Shown here in pieces: positions 28,963 through 42,832 of a DNA stretch of 64,000 bases. The DNA lies in the NCBI GenBank assembly GCA_963767925.1, contig CAVYGB010000010.1, forward strand, positions 576,001 to 640,000, given 5' to 3'. The DNA comes from an uncultured delta proteobacterium (GTDB taxonomy: Bacteria; Myxococcota_A; Polyangia; Fen-1088). Positions within the stretch are counted from its first letter, which is position 1. Every line of letters begins with the position of its first letter. The notes under the pieces were generated by a model. That model was not told the DNA's origin and searched no databases. It saw nothing but the letters and a program-made list of their open reading frames with translations. The position numbers and the translations under genes were made by a program.

Positions 28963-30935
28963 CGGTAGCTCCTCCGGGTGGCGGGGTATTCGGCGAAGGT
29001 GAGCGGCTCGGTGGCGAGCGCCGGCGGCGCCGCCTCGCCCCGCCAGGACCAGGCCGCCACGTGGGCGAAGCGCGCGTCGTCGCGCAGGGGCTCGCCCTCG
29101 GCGGTGGCGTGCTCTTCCCGGAAGTGGCATCCGCAGGACTCCTCGCGATACAGGGCATCCCGGCACATCAGCTCGGCCAGCTCGAGGTAGTCGGCCACCC
29201 GGCCGGCTCGCTCCAGCTCCTGGTTCAGCTCGGCGCCGCTCCCCGGGATGAGAACCTCTCTCCAGAAGGCCGCGCGCAGGGCGGGGATCTCGGCCAGCGC
29301 CCGCTCGATCCCGGCCCGCGAGCGGGACAGGCCACAGCTCCGGCGCAGCAGCGCGCCCAGCTCGCGGTGAAAGTCGCCGGCGGTGCGCCGCCCCCGCACC
29401 GCCAGCAGGCGCCCGATCCGGGCCGCAACCGCGGCCCGGGCCTCGCCCACCTCGGCGCAGGCGCCGTCGACCGCAGGCAGGTGGGCGCCGGCCAGGTAAC
29501 CCCCGATCGTGAGCGGCAGGACGAAGGTGCCATCGGCCAGGCCCTGCATGAGGGCGCTGGCCCCCAGCCGGTTGGCCCCGTGGTCGGAGAAGTTGGCCTC
29601 GCCCGCGACGAACAGGCCGGGCACCGTGCTCTGGAGGTCGTAGTCGACCCAGAGGCCACCCATCGTGTAGTGGGCGGCCGGGTAGATCCGCATCGGCGCC
29701 TGCAGGGGGTCCTCGCCGGTCAGGCGGGTGTACATCTCGAACAGGTTGCCGTAGCGATCGCGCAGGGTGGCCGCCCCCAGGCGGGCCCGGGCTTCGGCCA
29801 GGTCCAGGTAGACGGCGCGGCCCGTGGGACCGACCCCTCGCCCGCCGTCGCACACCGCCACCGTGGCCCGGGAGGCCAGGTCGCGCGGGCTGAGGTTGCC
29901 GAAGCGGGGGTAGAGCCGCTCGAGGAAGTAGTCGCGCTCGCCCTCGGGGATCGCCTCGGGTGAGCGCCCGTCGCCGGGGCGGGCCGGCACCCAGACCCGG
30001 CCGTCGTTGCGCAGCGACTCCGACATCAAAGTGAGCTTGCTCTGGTGGGCGTCGCCCGCGGGCAGGCAGGTGGGGTGGAACTGCACGAACCCGGGGTTGG
30101 CGAAGGCCGCCCCCCGCCGGTGGGCCCGCCAGATCGCGGTGGCGTTCGAGCCGCGGGCGTTGGTGCTGAGGTAGTAGGCGTTGGCGTAGCCACCGGTGGC
30201 CAGCACGACCGCGTCGCCGAGGTGGGCCTCGAGGGCGCCGCTCACGAGATCGCGCGCCACCACCCCCCGGGCCCGGCCGTCGACCACGACGAGGTCGAGC
30301 ATCTCGCGCCGGGGCAGCAGGGTCACCCCGCCGCGCTCCACCTCCCGGGCCAGCGCCGAGGTGGCGGCCAGCAGGAGCTGCTGGCCGGTCTGGCCGCGGG
30401 CGTAGAAGGTGCGCGAGACCAGCGCCCCCCCGAACGAGCGGTTGGCCAGCAGGCCCCCGTATTCGCGGGCGAAGGGCACCCCCTGCGCCACGCAATTGTC
30501 GACGATGAGGGCCGACAGCTCGGCCAGCCGGTAGACGTTGGCCTCGCGGGCCCGGAAGTCGCCTCCCTTCAGGGTGTCGCGGAACAGCCGCTCCACGCTG
30601 TCGCCGTCGTTCTGGTAGTCCTTGGCGGCGTTGATGCCCCCCTGGGCGGCCACGCTGTGGGCCCGGCGGGGCGAGTCGTGGAAGCAGAGGCAGGTCACCT
30701 GGTAGCCGAGCTCCGAGAGGCCCGCTGCCGCCGAGGCGCCCGCCAGGCCGGCGCCCACCACCACCACCCGGTGTCGGCGGCGCCGCACCGGCCCCACCAG
30801 GCCGAGCTCGAGGCGGCGCTTGCGCCAGGCCCCCGCCAGCGGCCCGCCGGGCACCCGGGCGTCGAGCACGGGCGCGCCCTGCGCGGGCGCGCCGATCGGC
30901 GTGTTCATCGTCGCCTCGTTCATCTTCGCGCTCAT
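28959..30935 (-). CDS. sdhA: Succinate dehydrogenase/fumarate reductase flavoprotein subunit
   Basis: [43 protein letters not shown]. Confidence 0.93.
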   Translation of the reverse strand: MSAKMNEATMNTPIGAPAQGAPVLDARVPGGPLAGAWRKRRLELGLVGPVRRRRHRVVVVGAGLAGASAAAGLSELGYQVTCLCFHDSPRRAHSVAAQGGINAAKDYQNDGDSVERLFRDTLKGGDFRAREANVYRLAELSALIVDNCVAQGVPFAREYGGLLANRSFGGALVSRTFYARGQTGQQLLLAATSALAREVERGGVTLLPRREMLDLVVVDGRARGVVARDLVSGALEAHLGDAVVLATGGYANAYYLSTNARGSNATAIWRAHRRGAAFANPGFVQFHPTCLPAGDAHQSKLTLMSESLRNDGRVWVPARPGDGRSPEAIPEGERDYFLERLYPRFGNLSPRDLASRATVAVCDGGRGVGPTGRAVYLDLAEARARLGAATLRDRYGNLFEMYTRLTGEDPLQAPMRIYPAAHYTMGGLWVDYDLQSTVPGLFVAGEANFSDHGANRLGASALMQGLADGTFVLPLTIGGYLAGAHLPAVDGACAEVGEARAAVAARIGRLLAVRGRRTAGDFHRELGALLRRSCGLSRSRAGIERALAEIPALRAAFWREVLIPGSGAELNQELERAGRVADYLELAELMCRDALYREESCGCHFREEHATAEGEPLRDDARFAHVAAWSWRGEAAPPALATEPLTFAEYPATRRSYR

Positions 30936-31585
30936 GGCAGCCCTCCCAGCACGACCGCCAGCGGGATGCTGGCGAAGCCGACCGCCACCGCGACGCCGGC
31001 CAGCGCCGCCAGGCGGCGGCTCCGCAACGGATCGGCCTCCGGACGCAGGCCCAGGCTGGTTCGCAGGGCCCACAGGCCGTGCGACAGGTGCAGGCCGAGC
31101 AGCCCCGCCGCCAGCAGATAGACCGCGGCCACCAGCGGCCGGGCCAGGCCGACGACGATGTTGTGGTGCACGCGCCCGGCGAGAAAGTCGGGGTGCAGGG
31201 TGCCGGTCGTGAGGTGCAGCAGGTGGAAGACAACGAACAGCAGCAGCAAGGCGCCCCCCAGGCGCATGCTGCGCGAGGCGAGCGTCGCCGCCCGGCCCGG
31301 GCCCAGGTGGAGCAGCCGGGCGCGCGGCGGGGCCCGGCGCGCCAGGCTCACCACCGCCCACACATGCACCACCGCCGCCAGCAACAGGCCTCCCCGCACC
31401 AGCCAGAGCAGGGGCCCGGTCCGGCGCAAGGCGGCGGCGTAGCCGTCGGCCGCCGCCGCCCCCCCGAACACGGTGAGGTTGCCGGCGAGGTGGGCGAGGA
31501 TCCACGCAAACAGGAGGGCGCCCGACAGGGCGGCCGCCGCCTTGAGTCCAACCGTGGCGCTCCGGGGCAGGTGTCTCGCGGTCAC
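30932..31585 (-). CDS. sdhC: Succinate dehydrogenase cytochrome b subunit (5-TM type)
   Basis: HLAGN, VVH, FHLLH, LHLSHG histidines in TM segments; first gene of the operon. Confidence 0.88.
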   Translation of the reverse strand: MTARHLPRSATVGLKAAAALSGALLFAWILAHLAGNLTVFGGAAAADGYAAALRRTGPLLWLVRGGLLLAAVVHVWAVVSLARRAPPRARLLHLGPGRAATLASRSMRLGGALLLLFVVFHLLHLTTGTLHPDFLAGRVHHNIVVGLARPLVAAVYLLAAGLLGLHLSHGLWALRTSLGLRPEADPLRSRRLAALAGVAVAVGFASIPLAVVLGGLP

Positions 31586-31610
31586 CCTTCAGTGGTAGGG
31601 GACCCCCATT

Positions 31611-31658
31611 CATTAGTCATATTCAATGGATTCCTCCAAAACATTAGACAGTCTAATG
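31611..31658. promoter_or_regulatory. LysR-type operator pair between divergent sdhC and lysR
   Basis: Perfect palindrome CATTAGAC-A-GTCTAATG (31642-31658, contains T-N11-A) plus degenerate copy CATTAGTCATATTCAATG (31611-31628). Confidence 0.7.
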
Positions 31659-31669
31659 ACTGGCCGACC

Positions 31670-32566
31670 GTGCACCTCGAGACCTTGAAGACCTTCTGCG
31701 ATCTCTGCGAGAGCGGCAGCCTGTCCCGGGCCGCCCGCCTGAACCGGGTGACCCAGTCGGCGGTCAGCCAGCAGCTCCGGGCCCTCGAGCAGCGCTTCGG
31801 GCGGCGCCTTGTCGAGCGGGCCCCCCGGGTGGCGGCCCGGCCCACCGAGGCCGGGCGCCTCCTCTATCAGGAGAGCAAGCAGCTCCTCGACCGCTGGCAG
31901 GCCCTGGAGGCGCGCCTGCGCGCCCGCCCGGGGATCGTGAGCGGCTCGGTGCGGGTGGCGACCGTGTACAGCGTCGGGCTGCACACCCTGCCGGCGGCGA
32001 TAAAGAGCTTCTTGCGGGCCTTCCCCCAGGTCAACGTGCACCTGGAATACCGGCGCACCGATCAGATCTACGAGGCCTGCCTGGCCGGCGAGATCGATCT
32101 CGGCATCGTCGCCTTGCCCCGCCCGCGGCCCCAGCTCGAGGTAATGCCCCTGCGGGGGGACGAGCTGGTGCTGGCCCTGGCCCCCGACGACCCGCTGGCC
32201 CGTGGCCCCCGCCCCAGCCTGCGCGCTCTGCAGGGTCGAGCCTTCATCGCCTTCGATCGGGACATCCCCACCCGGCGCCTGATCGACACGAGCTTGCGCC
32301 GGCTCGGGGTTGCCCCCCGGCCGGTGATGGAGCTCGACAACATCGAGACCATCAAGCGATCGGTGGAGGCGGGCCTGGGCCTGTCGTTGCTGCCGCGGCC
32401 CGCGCTGGTCAACGAGGTGCGGGCCCGCACGCTGGTGGCGCGGGTGCCGCGCGAGGGAGCCATCCCCCGCTCGATCGGGGTGATCCGCCGCCGCCGGCGT
32501 GAGCTGGCCCCCGCCGGCCAGGCCTTCCTCGAGCGGCTGGCCGCCGAGCTGGGGGCCCCCGGATGA
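31670..32566 (+). CDS. LysR-family transcriptional regulator
   Basis: GSLSRAARLNRVTQSAVSQQLRALE HTH; PTEAG; ETIKRSVEAGLGLSLLP. Confidence 0.93.
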   Translation: MHLETLKTFCDLCESGSLSRAARLNRVTQSAVSQQLRALEQRFGRRLVERAPRVAARPTEAGRLLYQESKQLLDRWQALEARLRARPGIVSGSVRVATVYSVGLHTLPAAIKSFLRAFPQVNVHLEYRRTDQIYEACLAGEIDLGIVALPRPRPQLEVMPLRGDELVLALAPDDPLARGPRPSLRALQGRAFIAFDRDIPTRRLIDTSLRRLGVAPRPVMELDNIETIKRSVEAGLGLSLLPRPALVNEVRARTLVARVPREGAIPRSIGVIRRRRRELAPAGQAFLERLAAELGAPG

Positions 32567-32601
32567 TTGCGCCGCCGGCGCAGGCTAGGTAGCTTTCCCA
32601 C

Positions 32602-34773
32602 ATGCGGCGAACGCTCCCGATCTGCGCTTCCTGGCCTCTCGTCCTCCTGGCGTGTGCTACCCCCAATCCCGATATGTCCGCGCCCCCCACCCCGACCGGA
32701 ACCGAGACCGCCGCTGGCGCCCCCGCCGCTCCGCCGGCCGAGCCCGCCGCCCAGAACGGCGGCGAGGACAGCTTTCTGTGGCTCGAGGAGGTGTCCGGCG
32801 AGCGGGCCCTGACCTGGGTCAAGGGCCAGAACGAGCGCTCGCTCAAGGAGCTGGCCACCGAGGAGCAGATCGCCCTCAAGGGGCGGCTGCTCTCGATCTA
32901 CGACTCGAAGGCCCGCATCCCCTACGTCACCAAGCGGGGCAAGCTGCTGTACAACTTCTGGCGCGACGAGAAACACGTGCGGGGCCTCCTGCGGCGGACC
33001 ACCCTGGCCGGCTACCGCAAGAAGGATCCCCCCTGGGAGACCGTGCTCGACGTCGACGCCCTCGCCGAGAAGGAGAAGGAGAACTGGGTCTACCAGGGCA
33101 GCACCTGCCTGCGCCCGAAGTACGAGCGCTGCCTGGTGTCGCTGTCTCGCGGGGGCGGCGACGCGGTCGTGGTGCGGGAGTTCGACACCAGCAAGAAGGC
33201 CTTCGTCGAGGGCGGCTTCACCTTGCCCGAGGCCAAGTCGCAGGTCTCCTGGAAGGACGAGGACACCCTCTTCGTGGGGACCGACTTCGGCCCCGGGTCG
33301 CTCACCAGCTCGGGTTACCCCCGTATCGCCAAGGAGTGGAAACGCGGCACCCCCCTGGCGGAGGCCCGCGTCCTCTTCGAGGGCGAGGACAGCGACGTGG
33401 CGGTGGGCGGCGGCCGGGACTGGCACCAGGGGCGCTTCCTCGACGTCATCGAGCGCTCGATCGGCTTTTACGAGGGTGAGACCTTCCTGCTCGAGGAGGG
33501 CAAGCCGGTCAAGCTCGACCGGCCCCGCGACGCCAACGTGTCGTTCTTCGCCGACTTCCTGCTGCTGCAGCTCCGCAGCGACTGGACGGTGGGCGGCAAG
33601 ACCTGGCCGGCGGGGGCCCTGCTGGCCGCCGATCTGAAGAGCTACCGGGCGGGCAACCGCGACATGCACCTGCTGTACGAGCCGGGCAAGAACCACTCGC
33701 TGTCCAGCTACTCGGGCACCCGCAACGCCCTCCTGCTCAACGTGCTCGAGGACGTGCACACCCAGATCCGGCTGGTCCGCCACGAGAAGGGCAAGTTCAC
33801 GACGAAGACCTTGCCCGTGCCGGGGCTGGGCAACTACAGCGTCTCGGCCTTCGACGACGACGAGGACGACCGCTACTGGTTCGGGGTGAGCGACTTTCTC
33901 GAGCCGGCCCGGATCGAGCTGGGGGACCTCAAGACCAGCAAGCGCGAGCCCCTCAAGTCGGAGCCGACCTTCTTCAAGGCCGACGGGCTGCAGGCCCAGC
34001 AGTTTTTCACCGAGTCGCGCGACGGCACCCGCATCCCCTACTTCCAGGTGGCGCGCAAGGACCTCACCCTCGACGGCAGCCACCCCGTGCTGCTGACCGG
34101 GTACGGCGGCTTCGAGGTGCCGGTGTTGCCCCGCTACGACGCCAGCGTGGGCGCGGCCTGGCTGGAGCAGGGGGGCGTCTACGTGGTGGCCAACATCCGG
34201 GGCGGCGGGGAATATGGCCCCGCCTGGCACCAGGCCGGCACCAAGCACAACCGGCAGCGGGTCTACGACGACTTCATCGCGGTGGCCGAGGACCTCATCC
34301 GGCGCAAGGTGACCCAGCCCCGCCGGCTGGGGATCGAGGGCGGCTCCAACGGCGGCCTGCTGACCGGGGTGATGCTCACCCAGCGGCCCGACCTGTGGGG
34401 GGCGGTTGTCTGCTCGGTCCCCCTGCTGGACATGAAGCGCTACCACAAGCTGCTGGCGGGCGCCTCCTGGATGGACGAATACGGCGACCCCGACAAGCCC
34501 GAGGACTGGGCGGCGATCGCCAAATATTCGCCCTACCAGAACGTCAAGAAGGACGCCAAGTACCCGTCGATCCTCTTTACCACCTCCACCCGCGACGACC
34601 GGGTCCACCCCGGCCACGCCCGCAAGATGGTGGCCCGCATGCTCGAGCTCGGGCACGACGTCCTCTACTTCGAGAACGTCGAGGGGGGCCACGCCGGGGC
34701 GGCCAACAACCCCCAGCGCGCCAACCTCAACGCCCTCGAGTTCATCTATCTGAAGCAGCAGCTCATGAAGTGA
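32602..34773 (+). CDS. Prolyl oligopeptidase (S9A) lipoprotein
   Basis: LLA-C lipobox; YGGF, NIRGGGEYG, GGSNGG, DDRVHP, GGH. Confidence 0.93.
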   Translation: MRRTLPICASWPLVLLACATPNPDMSAPPTPTGTETAAGAPAAPPAEPAAQNGGEDSFLWLEEVSGERALTWVKGQNERSLKELATEEQIALKGRLLSIYDSKARIPYVTKRGKLLYNFWRDEKHVRGLLRRTTLAGYRKKDPPWETVLDVDALAEKEKENWVYQGSTCLRPKYERCLVSLSRGGGDAVVVREFDTSKKAFVEGGFTLPEAKSQVSWKDEDTLFVGTDFGPGSLTSSGYPRIAKEWKRGTPLAEARVLFEGEDSDVAVGGGRDWHQGRFLDVIERSIGFYEGETFLLEEGKPVKLDRPRDANVSFFADFLLLQLRSDWTVGGKTWPAGALLAADLKSYRAGNRDMHLLYEPGKNHSLSSYSGTRNALLLNVLEDVHTQIRLVRHEKGKFTTKTLPVPGLGNYSVSAFDDDEDDRYWFGVSDFLEPARIELGDLKTSKREPLKSEPTFFKADGLQAQQFFTESRDGTRIPYFQVARKDLTLDGSHPVLLTGYGGFEVPVLPRYDASVGAAWLEQGGVYVVANIRGGGEYGPAWHQAGTKHNRQRVYDDFIAVAEDLIRRKVTQPRRLGIEGGSNGGLLTGVMLTQRPDLWGAVVCSVPLLDMKRYHKLLAGASWMDEYGDPDKPEDWAAIAKYSPYQNVKKDAKYPSILFTTSTRDDRVHPGHARKMVARMLELGHDVLYFENVEGGHAGAANNPQRANLNALEFIYLKQQLMK

Positions 34774-34795
34774 CCCCCGCCCGGGAGGCACGCCG

Positions 34796-35911
<1,116 letters not shown>

Positions 35912-35920
35912 GAAGAGGGC

Positions 35921-37865
<1,945 letters not shown>

Positions 37866-37869
<4 letters not shown>

Positions 37870-38669
37870 GGCGGCTCGGCCTGGCCCTCGGCCTGCTGCT
37901 CTACCTGGCCTTCACCCTGCTGCCCATCCTCTGGATGGTGAACATGAGCCTGCGCAGCAACGAGGCCATCGTGAGCCGGTTCGCCTGGCTGCCCGAGTCG
38001 TTCTCGCTGGAGAACTTCCGCACCATCTTCACCGATGCGAGCTGGTACGACGGCTACCTCAACTCGATCCTCTACGTCGTCCTCAACACCGTGCTGTCGC
38101 TGCTGGTGGCCCTGCCCGCGGCCTACGCCTTCTCCCGCTACTCGTTCCTGGGCGACAGGCACCTCTTCTTCTGGCTGCTCACCAACCGGATGACCCCCCC
38201 GGCCGTCTTCCTGCTCCCGTTTTTCCAGCTTTACACGACGGTCGGATTGATGGACACCCATCTGGCGGTGGCGCTCGCCCACATGGTGTTCAACGTGCCC
38301 CTGGCGGTCTGGATCCTGGAGGGGTTCATGTCTGGCATCCCGCGCGAGATCGACGAGACCGCCTGCATCGACGGCTACCGCTTCCCGAAGTTCTTCCTGA
38401 AGATCTTCCTGCCCCTCATCAAGACCGGAGTGGGGGTCACCGCCTTCTTCTGCTTCATGTTCAGCTGGGTCGAGCTGCTGCTGGCCCGCACCTTGACCTC
38501 GGTCGACGCCAAGCCGATCGCCGCCACGATGACTCGCACCGTCTCGGCCGCCGGGATGGACTGGGGGACCCTGGCGGCGGCGGGGGTGCTCACCATCGTG
38601 CCCGGCGCGGTGGTCATTTACTTCGTCCGGCACTACATCGCCAAGGGCTTCGCCATGGGGCGCCTGTGA
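37866..38669 (+). CDS. glpQ: Carbohydrate ABC permease, GlpQ-like
   Basis: LFFWLLTNRM, EIDETACIDG (EAA loop), YIAKGFAMGR. Confidence 0.8.
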
Positions 38670-38729
38670 GCCCGGCGGTCACCGTCGCCGTCGCCGCCCC
38701 CGCCCCCGCCCGGAAGGGAGCGCGCTGAC

Positions 38730-39005
38730 GTGTTCGCCTGGATGGCCTGGACCCGACCGGTGGCGCTGTTCTTCGGCGGGCTCGCCCTGCTGCTGCTGGG
38801 GATGGCGATCTGGGAGGTGCGCGCCCCCACCCGGCCGCGGCGGGGCCTGCTGCCGCTCGAGACAACCCGCGGCGACCGCCTCTTCATCGGCCTGCTGGCC
38901 GCGGCCTACTTCAACCTGGCCTGGATCGGGATCAGCGACCTCGACCCGCGTTTCGGCGCCGGCCTGAGCGTCCTGCTGATCGTCTTCGTGATGCGCTGGG
39001 GCTGA
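38730..39005 (+). CDS. glpU: DUF2160 small membrane protein (GlpU-like)
   Basis: WMAWT, TTRGDRLFIGLL; position within the operon. Confidence 0.8.
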   Translation: MFAWMAWTRPVALFFGGLALLLLGMAIWEVRAPTRPRRGLLPLETTRGDRLFIGLLAAAYFNLAWIGISDLDPRFGAGLSVLLIVFVMRWG

Positions 39006-39026
39006 GCCCCGAGACAAGGAGAGCAG

Positions 39027-40796
39027 ATGCCATCGACCCGAGCCCCCCGCCCCTCCTCCCGCCGGGCCCCCGCCCGCGCCGGCCTCCTGCTGGCCGCCTG
39101 CGCCTTCACCCTGCCGGCCGCCGCCCGGGCCGACCTGGCCGCCGCCGAGCGCTGGGTGAGCACGGAGCTGCAGCCCTCCTCGCTGAGCAAGGCCCAGCAG
39201 CTCGAGGAGCTGAAGTGGTTCATCCAGGCGGCCGACAAGCTGCGGGCCCGCGGAGTGCGCGAGATCAGCGTTGTGTCGGAGACCATCACCACCCACGAAT
39301 ACGAGGCCAAGACGCTGGCCCGGGCCTTCGCGGAGATCACCGGCATCAAGGTCAAACACGACCTCATCCAGGAAGGGGACGTTGTCGAGAAGCTGCAGAC
39401 CTCGATGCAGTCGGGCCGGTCGATCTACGACGGCTGGATCTCCGACTCCGACCTGATCGGCACCCACTACCGCTACGGGGCCATCTTGCCCCTGTCCGAC
39501 TACATGGCCGGCCCCGGCAAGGACTTCACCAACCCCGGGCTCGATCTGCCCGACTTCATCGGCCGGCGCTTCACCACCGCCCCCGACGGCAAGCTGTACC
39601 AGCTCCCCGACCAGCAGTTCGCGAACCTGTACTGGTTCCGGGCCGACTGGTTCGCCCGCAAGGACCTGCAGGAGCGCTTCCGCAAGAAATACGGCTACGA
39701 CCTCGGCGTGCCCCTCAACTGGTCGGCCTACGAGGACATCGCCGACTTCTTCAGCAACGAGGTCAAGGAGCTGGACGGCCGCAAGGTCTACGGCCACATG
39801 GACTACGGCAAGAAGGACCCCTCGCTGGGCTGGCGCTTCACCGACGCCTGGCTGTCGATGGCCGGCACCGCCGATCGGGGCATCCCCAACGGCCTGCCGG
39901 TCGACGAGTGGGGGATCCGGGTGGCCGACGATCGCTGCACCCCGGTGGGGGCCTCGGTCGAGCGGGGCGGCGCCGCCAACAGCCCGGCCGCGGTGTACGC
40001 CCTCGAGAAGTACATCGGCTGGATGAAGAAATACGCCCCGCCCCAGGCCACCGGCATGACCTTCTCCGAGGCCGGCCCGGTGCCGGCGCAGGGGCAGATC
40101 GCCCAGCAGATCTTCTGGTACACCGCCTTCACCGCGGCGATGACGAAGAAGGGGCTGCCGGTGGTCAACGAGGACGGCACCCCCAAGTGGCGCATGGCCC
40201 CCTCGCCCTACGGACCGTACTGGAAAGACGGCATGCAGAACGGCTACCAGGACGTCGGCTCCTGGACCTTCTTCCGCGCGACCCCGCCCGACCGGCTGGC
40301 CGCCGCCTGGCTGTACGCCCAGTTCGTCACCTCGAAGACCGTGTCGCTGAAAAAGTCGATCGTGGGGCTGACCTTCGTGCGCGACAGCGACATCCGCCAC
40401 GACTACTTCACGAAGAACGCCGCCCGCTACGGGGGGCTCATCGAGTTCTACCGGAGCCCCGCCCGGGTGGCCTGGACCCCCACCGGCGGCAACGTGCCCG
40501 ACTACCCCAAGCTGGCCCAGCTCTGGTGGAAGAACGTGGCCACCGCGGTGACCGGGGAGAAGACGCCCCAGGCGGCGATGGATAGCCTGGCCCAGGAGAT
40601 GGACCAGGTGCTGGCCCGCCTGCAGCGGGCCGGGATGAAGGCCTGCTCGCCAAAGCTGAACCCGCGCGGCGAGGCCGCCAAATTTCTGACGGATGGGGCC
40701 GCCCCCTGGAAAAAGCTGGCCAACGAAAAGCCCGCCGGCCAGACCATCCCCTACGACAAGCTGCTTTCGGCCTGGAAAGAAGGGCGCGTGCGCTGA
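39027..40796 (+). CDS. glpV: ABC transporter substrate-binding protein, GlpV-like
   Basis: Signal peptide; VVSETITTHEYE, YQLPDQQFANLYWFR, GYQDVGSWT, NVPDYPKLAQLWW. Confidence 0.85.
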   Translation: MPSTRAPRPSSRRAPARAGLLLAACAFTLPAAARADLAAAERWVSTELQPSSLSKAQQLEELKWFIQAADKLRARGVREISVVSETITTHEYEAKTLARAFAEITGIKVKHDLIQEGDVVEKLQTSMQSGRSIYDGWISDSDLIGTHYRYGAILPLSDYMAGPGKDFTNPGLDLPDFIGRRFTTAPDGKLYQLPDQQFANLYWFRADWFARKDLQERFRKKYGYDLGVPLNWSAYEDIADFFSNEVKELDGRKVYGHMDYGKKDPSLGWRFTDAWLSMAGTADRGIPNGLPVDEWGIRVADDRCTPVGASVERGGAANSPAAVYALEKYIGWMKKYAPPQATGMTFSEAGPVPAQGQIAQQIFWYTAFTAAMTKKGLPVVNEDGTPKWRMAPSPYGPYWKDGMQNGYQDVGSWTFFRATPPDRLAAAWLYAQFVTSKTVSLKKSIVGLTFVRDSDIRHDYFTKNAARYGGLIEFYRSPARVAWTPTGGNVPDYPKLAQLWWKNVATAVTGEKTPQAAMDSLAQEMDQVLARLQRAGMKACSPKLNPRGEAAKFLTDGAAPWKKLANEKPAGQTIPYDKLLSAWKEGRVR

Positions 40797-40964
40797 AGAC
40801 GAGGTGGGCGACGTTACCGTTCCGCGCGCGCCCGGCACCGGTCTGAAACGCAAAGCCGCCGGAAACCGCGGCAATCGAGGGCCCGGGCCCGCCGTCCCGC
40901 CATCTGCCCCTCTTGGCACGAGAGGTGAAGTGCTCCGGGTCGTGGGTAGGTTGGGATGGGGCGA

Positions 40965-41116
40965 TCGACGGCGGTGACCCGGTAAGGTTTGTGGTGCTGG
41001 CGCCAAGGGTGGCGGTGGTGGGTGCAGTGGCGGGTAGGTCGAGGTTGTGGGACGCGCTCGAGCTGCAGATCAGGCCGCGCCAGCTGGAAGGGTTGGGATC
41101 GGGTCACCGCCGTCGA
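40965..41116. repeat. Perfect 17-bp inverted repeat enclosing a G-rich 118-nt segment (MITE-like or structured RNA)
   Basis: TCGACGGCGGTGACCCG (40965-40981) and CGGGTCACCGCCGTCGA (41100-41116). Confidence 0.7.
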
Positions 41117-41230
41117 CGTGGATTTGTTCCCGGATAAATACGGCCCTACGCTGCTCGATCGCAAGCGGTTGATCCGCCGGTCCGCTTCTCCGGTATGCTG
41201 CGCCCCAGGCGCAGAGCCGAGAGGGACCAC

Positions 41231-42829
41231 ATGCCCATCAGTCGCAGAGAGCTGACCGTCGGGTGCGGAGCAGGCGCCCTGGCCTGGGCGAGCGGAGGCT
41301 GGTCCGCCGGCCCCCGGCTGGCCCGGCCCGCCGCCGCCGCCGAGATGCCGATCGACGCCATCAAGGAGCTGGCCGCCTTCGCCCTGGAGCGGGCCCGCGC
41401 CGCCAAGGCCGAATACGCGGACATCCGCATCAACCGCTACCGCAGCCAGGTGGTGGCGATGCGCTCGGAGCCGGATCGGGGCAGCGGGAAGCTCAACCAC
41501 GTCCCCTCCGTCTCCGACAACGAGAGCTTCGGCTTCGGGGTGCGGGTGCTGGCCCGGGGGGCCTGGGGCTTCGCCGCCTCGCCCCTGGTGACGAAGAAGG
41601 ACGTCGCCGCCGCGGTCAAGGAGGCGGTGGCCATCGCCCAGGCCCACGCCCCCATGCGCCGGTCGCCCATCAAGCTCGCCCCGGTGAAGGCCCAGCAGGG
41701 CGTCTACCGGACCAAGGTGGCCAAGGACCCCTTCTCGATCGCCCTGCCCGAGAAGCTCGAGCTGCTGCAGGCGATCAACCAGGAGGTCAAGAAGGTCAAG
41801 GGCGTCTTCTCCGCCTCGGCGGTGATCGCCCAGCGGGTGGAGCACCGCCTCTTCGCCTCCACCGACGGCAGCGTGCTCGAGCAGCACGTCTACCAGATCT
41901 CTCCCGAGATGACCGCGGTGGCGGTCGAGAGCGGCAAGAAGAGCAAGTCCCGCACCTACCGGCCCGACGCGGTCTGCGCCGGGTTCGAGGCGGTGGACCG
42001 GGCGAAGATGCCGGGCAACGCCCGTCGCATCGGGGAAGAGGCGGTGGCCCACCTCAAGGCCCCCTCCATCGCCCCGGGCAAGAAGGACCTCGTCCTGCTG
42101 CCCACCCACCTGGGGCTGACCATCCACGAGTCGATCGGCCACTCCACCGAGCTCGACCGGGCCCTCGGGCAGGAGGCCAACTACGCCGGCACCTCCTTCC
42201 TCACCCTCGACAAGCTCGGCAAGCTCCGCATCGGGTCGGACATCGTCAACTTTCGCGGTGACCGCACCCGGCCCGAGAGCCTCTCGACCTGCGGCTGGGA
42301 CGACGACGGCGTCGCCACCACCGAGTTCCCCATCGTGGCCAAGGGGATCTTCGTGGGCTACCAGACCATCCGCGAGCAGGCCCACCTGGTGGGGGCGGAG
42401 GCCTCCACCGGCTGCTGCTACGCCGACTCCTACGCCTCGGTGCCGTTCCAGCGGATGCCCAACGTCTGGCTGGCCCCGGGGGACAAGCCGGTCTCGCTCG
42501 ACGAGCTCATCTCCGGCGTCGACAGCGGCGTGCTGATCGACGGGCGGGGCTCGTATTCCATCGACCAGCAGCGCTACAACTTCCAGTTCGGGGGCGACGC
42601 CTTCTGGGAGATCAAGGGCGGCAAGCTGGCGGGCATGGTGGCCGACGTGGCCTACCAGAGCCGCACGCCCGACTTCTGGCAGGCCTGCGACGCCCTCGGC
42701 GGCAAGGAGACCTGGCAAAATGTGGGCCTCAACGCCGACGGCAAGGGGCAGCCCCCCCAGATAAACGCCATGAGCCACGGCTGTCCCCCCACACGGTTCC
42801 GGCAGATCAACGTCTTGCGGACGGGGTGA
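41231..42829 (+). CDS. tldD: TldD metalloprotease subunit with putative Tat signal
   Basis: YADIR, GFGVRVL..GAWGFA, HESIGH (HExxxH), WDDDG, RMPN, GKGQP...SHGCP; N-terminal SRRELT...AAAA. Confidence 0.9.
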   Translation: MPISRRELTVGCGAGALAWASGGWSAGPRLARPAAAAEMPIDAIKELAAFALERARAAKAEYADIRINRYRSQVVAMRSEPDRGSGKLNHVPSVSDNESFGFGVRVLARGAWGFAASPLVTKKDVAAAVKEAVAIAQAHAPMRRSPIKLAPVKAQQGVYRTKVAKDPFSIALPEKLELLQAINQEVKKVKGVFSASAVIAQRVEHRLFASTDGSVLEQHVYQISPEMTAVAVESGKKSKSRTYRPDAVCAGFEAVDRAKMPGNARRIGEEAVAHLKAPSIAPGKKDLVLLPTHLGLTIHESIGHSTELDRALGQEANYAGTSFLTLDKLGKLRIGSDIVNFRGDRTRPESLSTCGWDDDGVATTEFPIVAKGIFVGYQTIREQAHLVGAEASTGCCYADSYASVPFQRMPNVWLAPGDKPVSLDELISGVDSGVLIDGRGSYSIDQQRYNFQFGGDAFWEIKGGKLAGMVADVAYQSRTPDFWQACDALGGKETWQNVGLNADGKGQPPQINAMSHGCPPTRFRQINVLRTG

Positions 42830-42832
42830 ACC

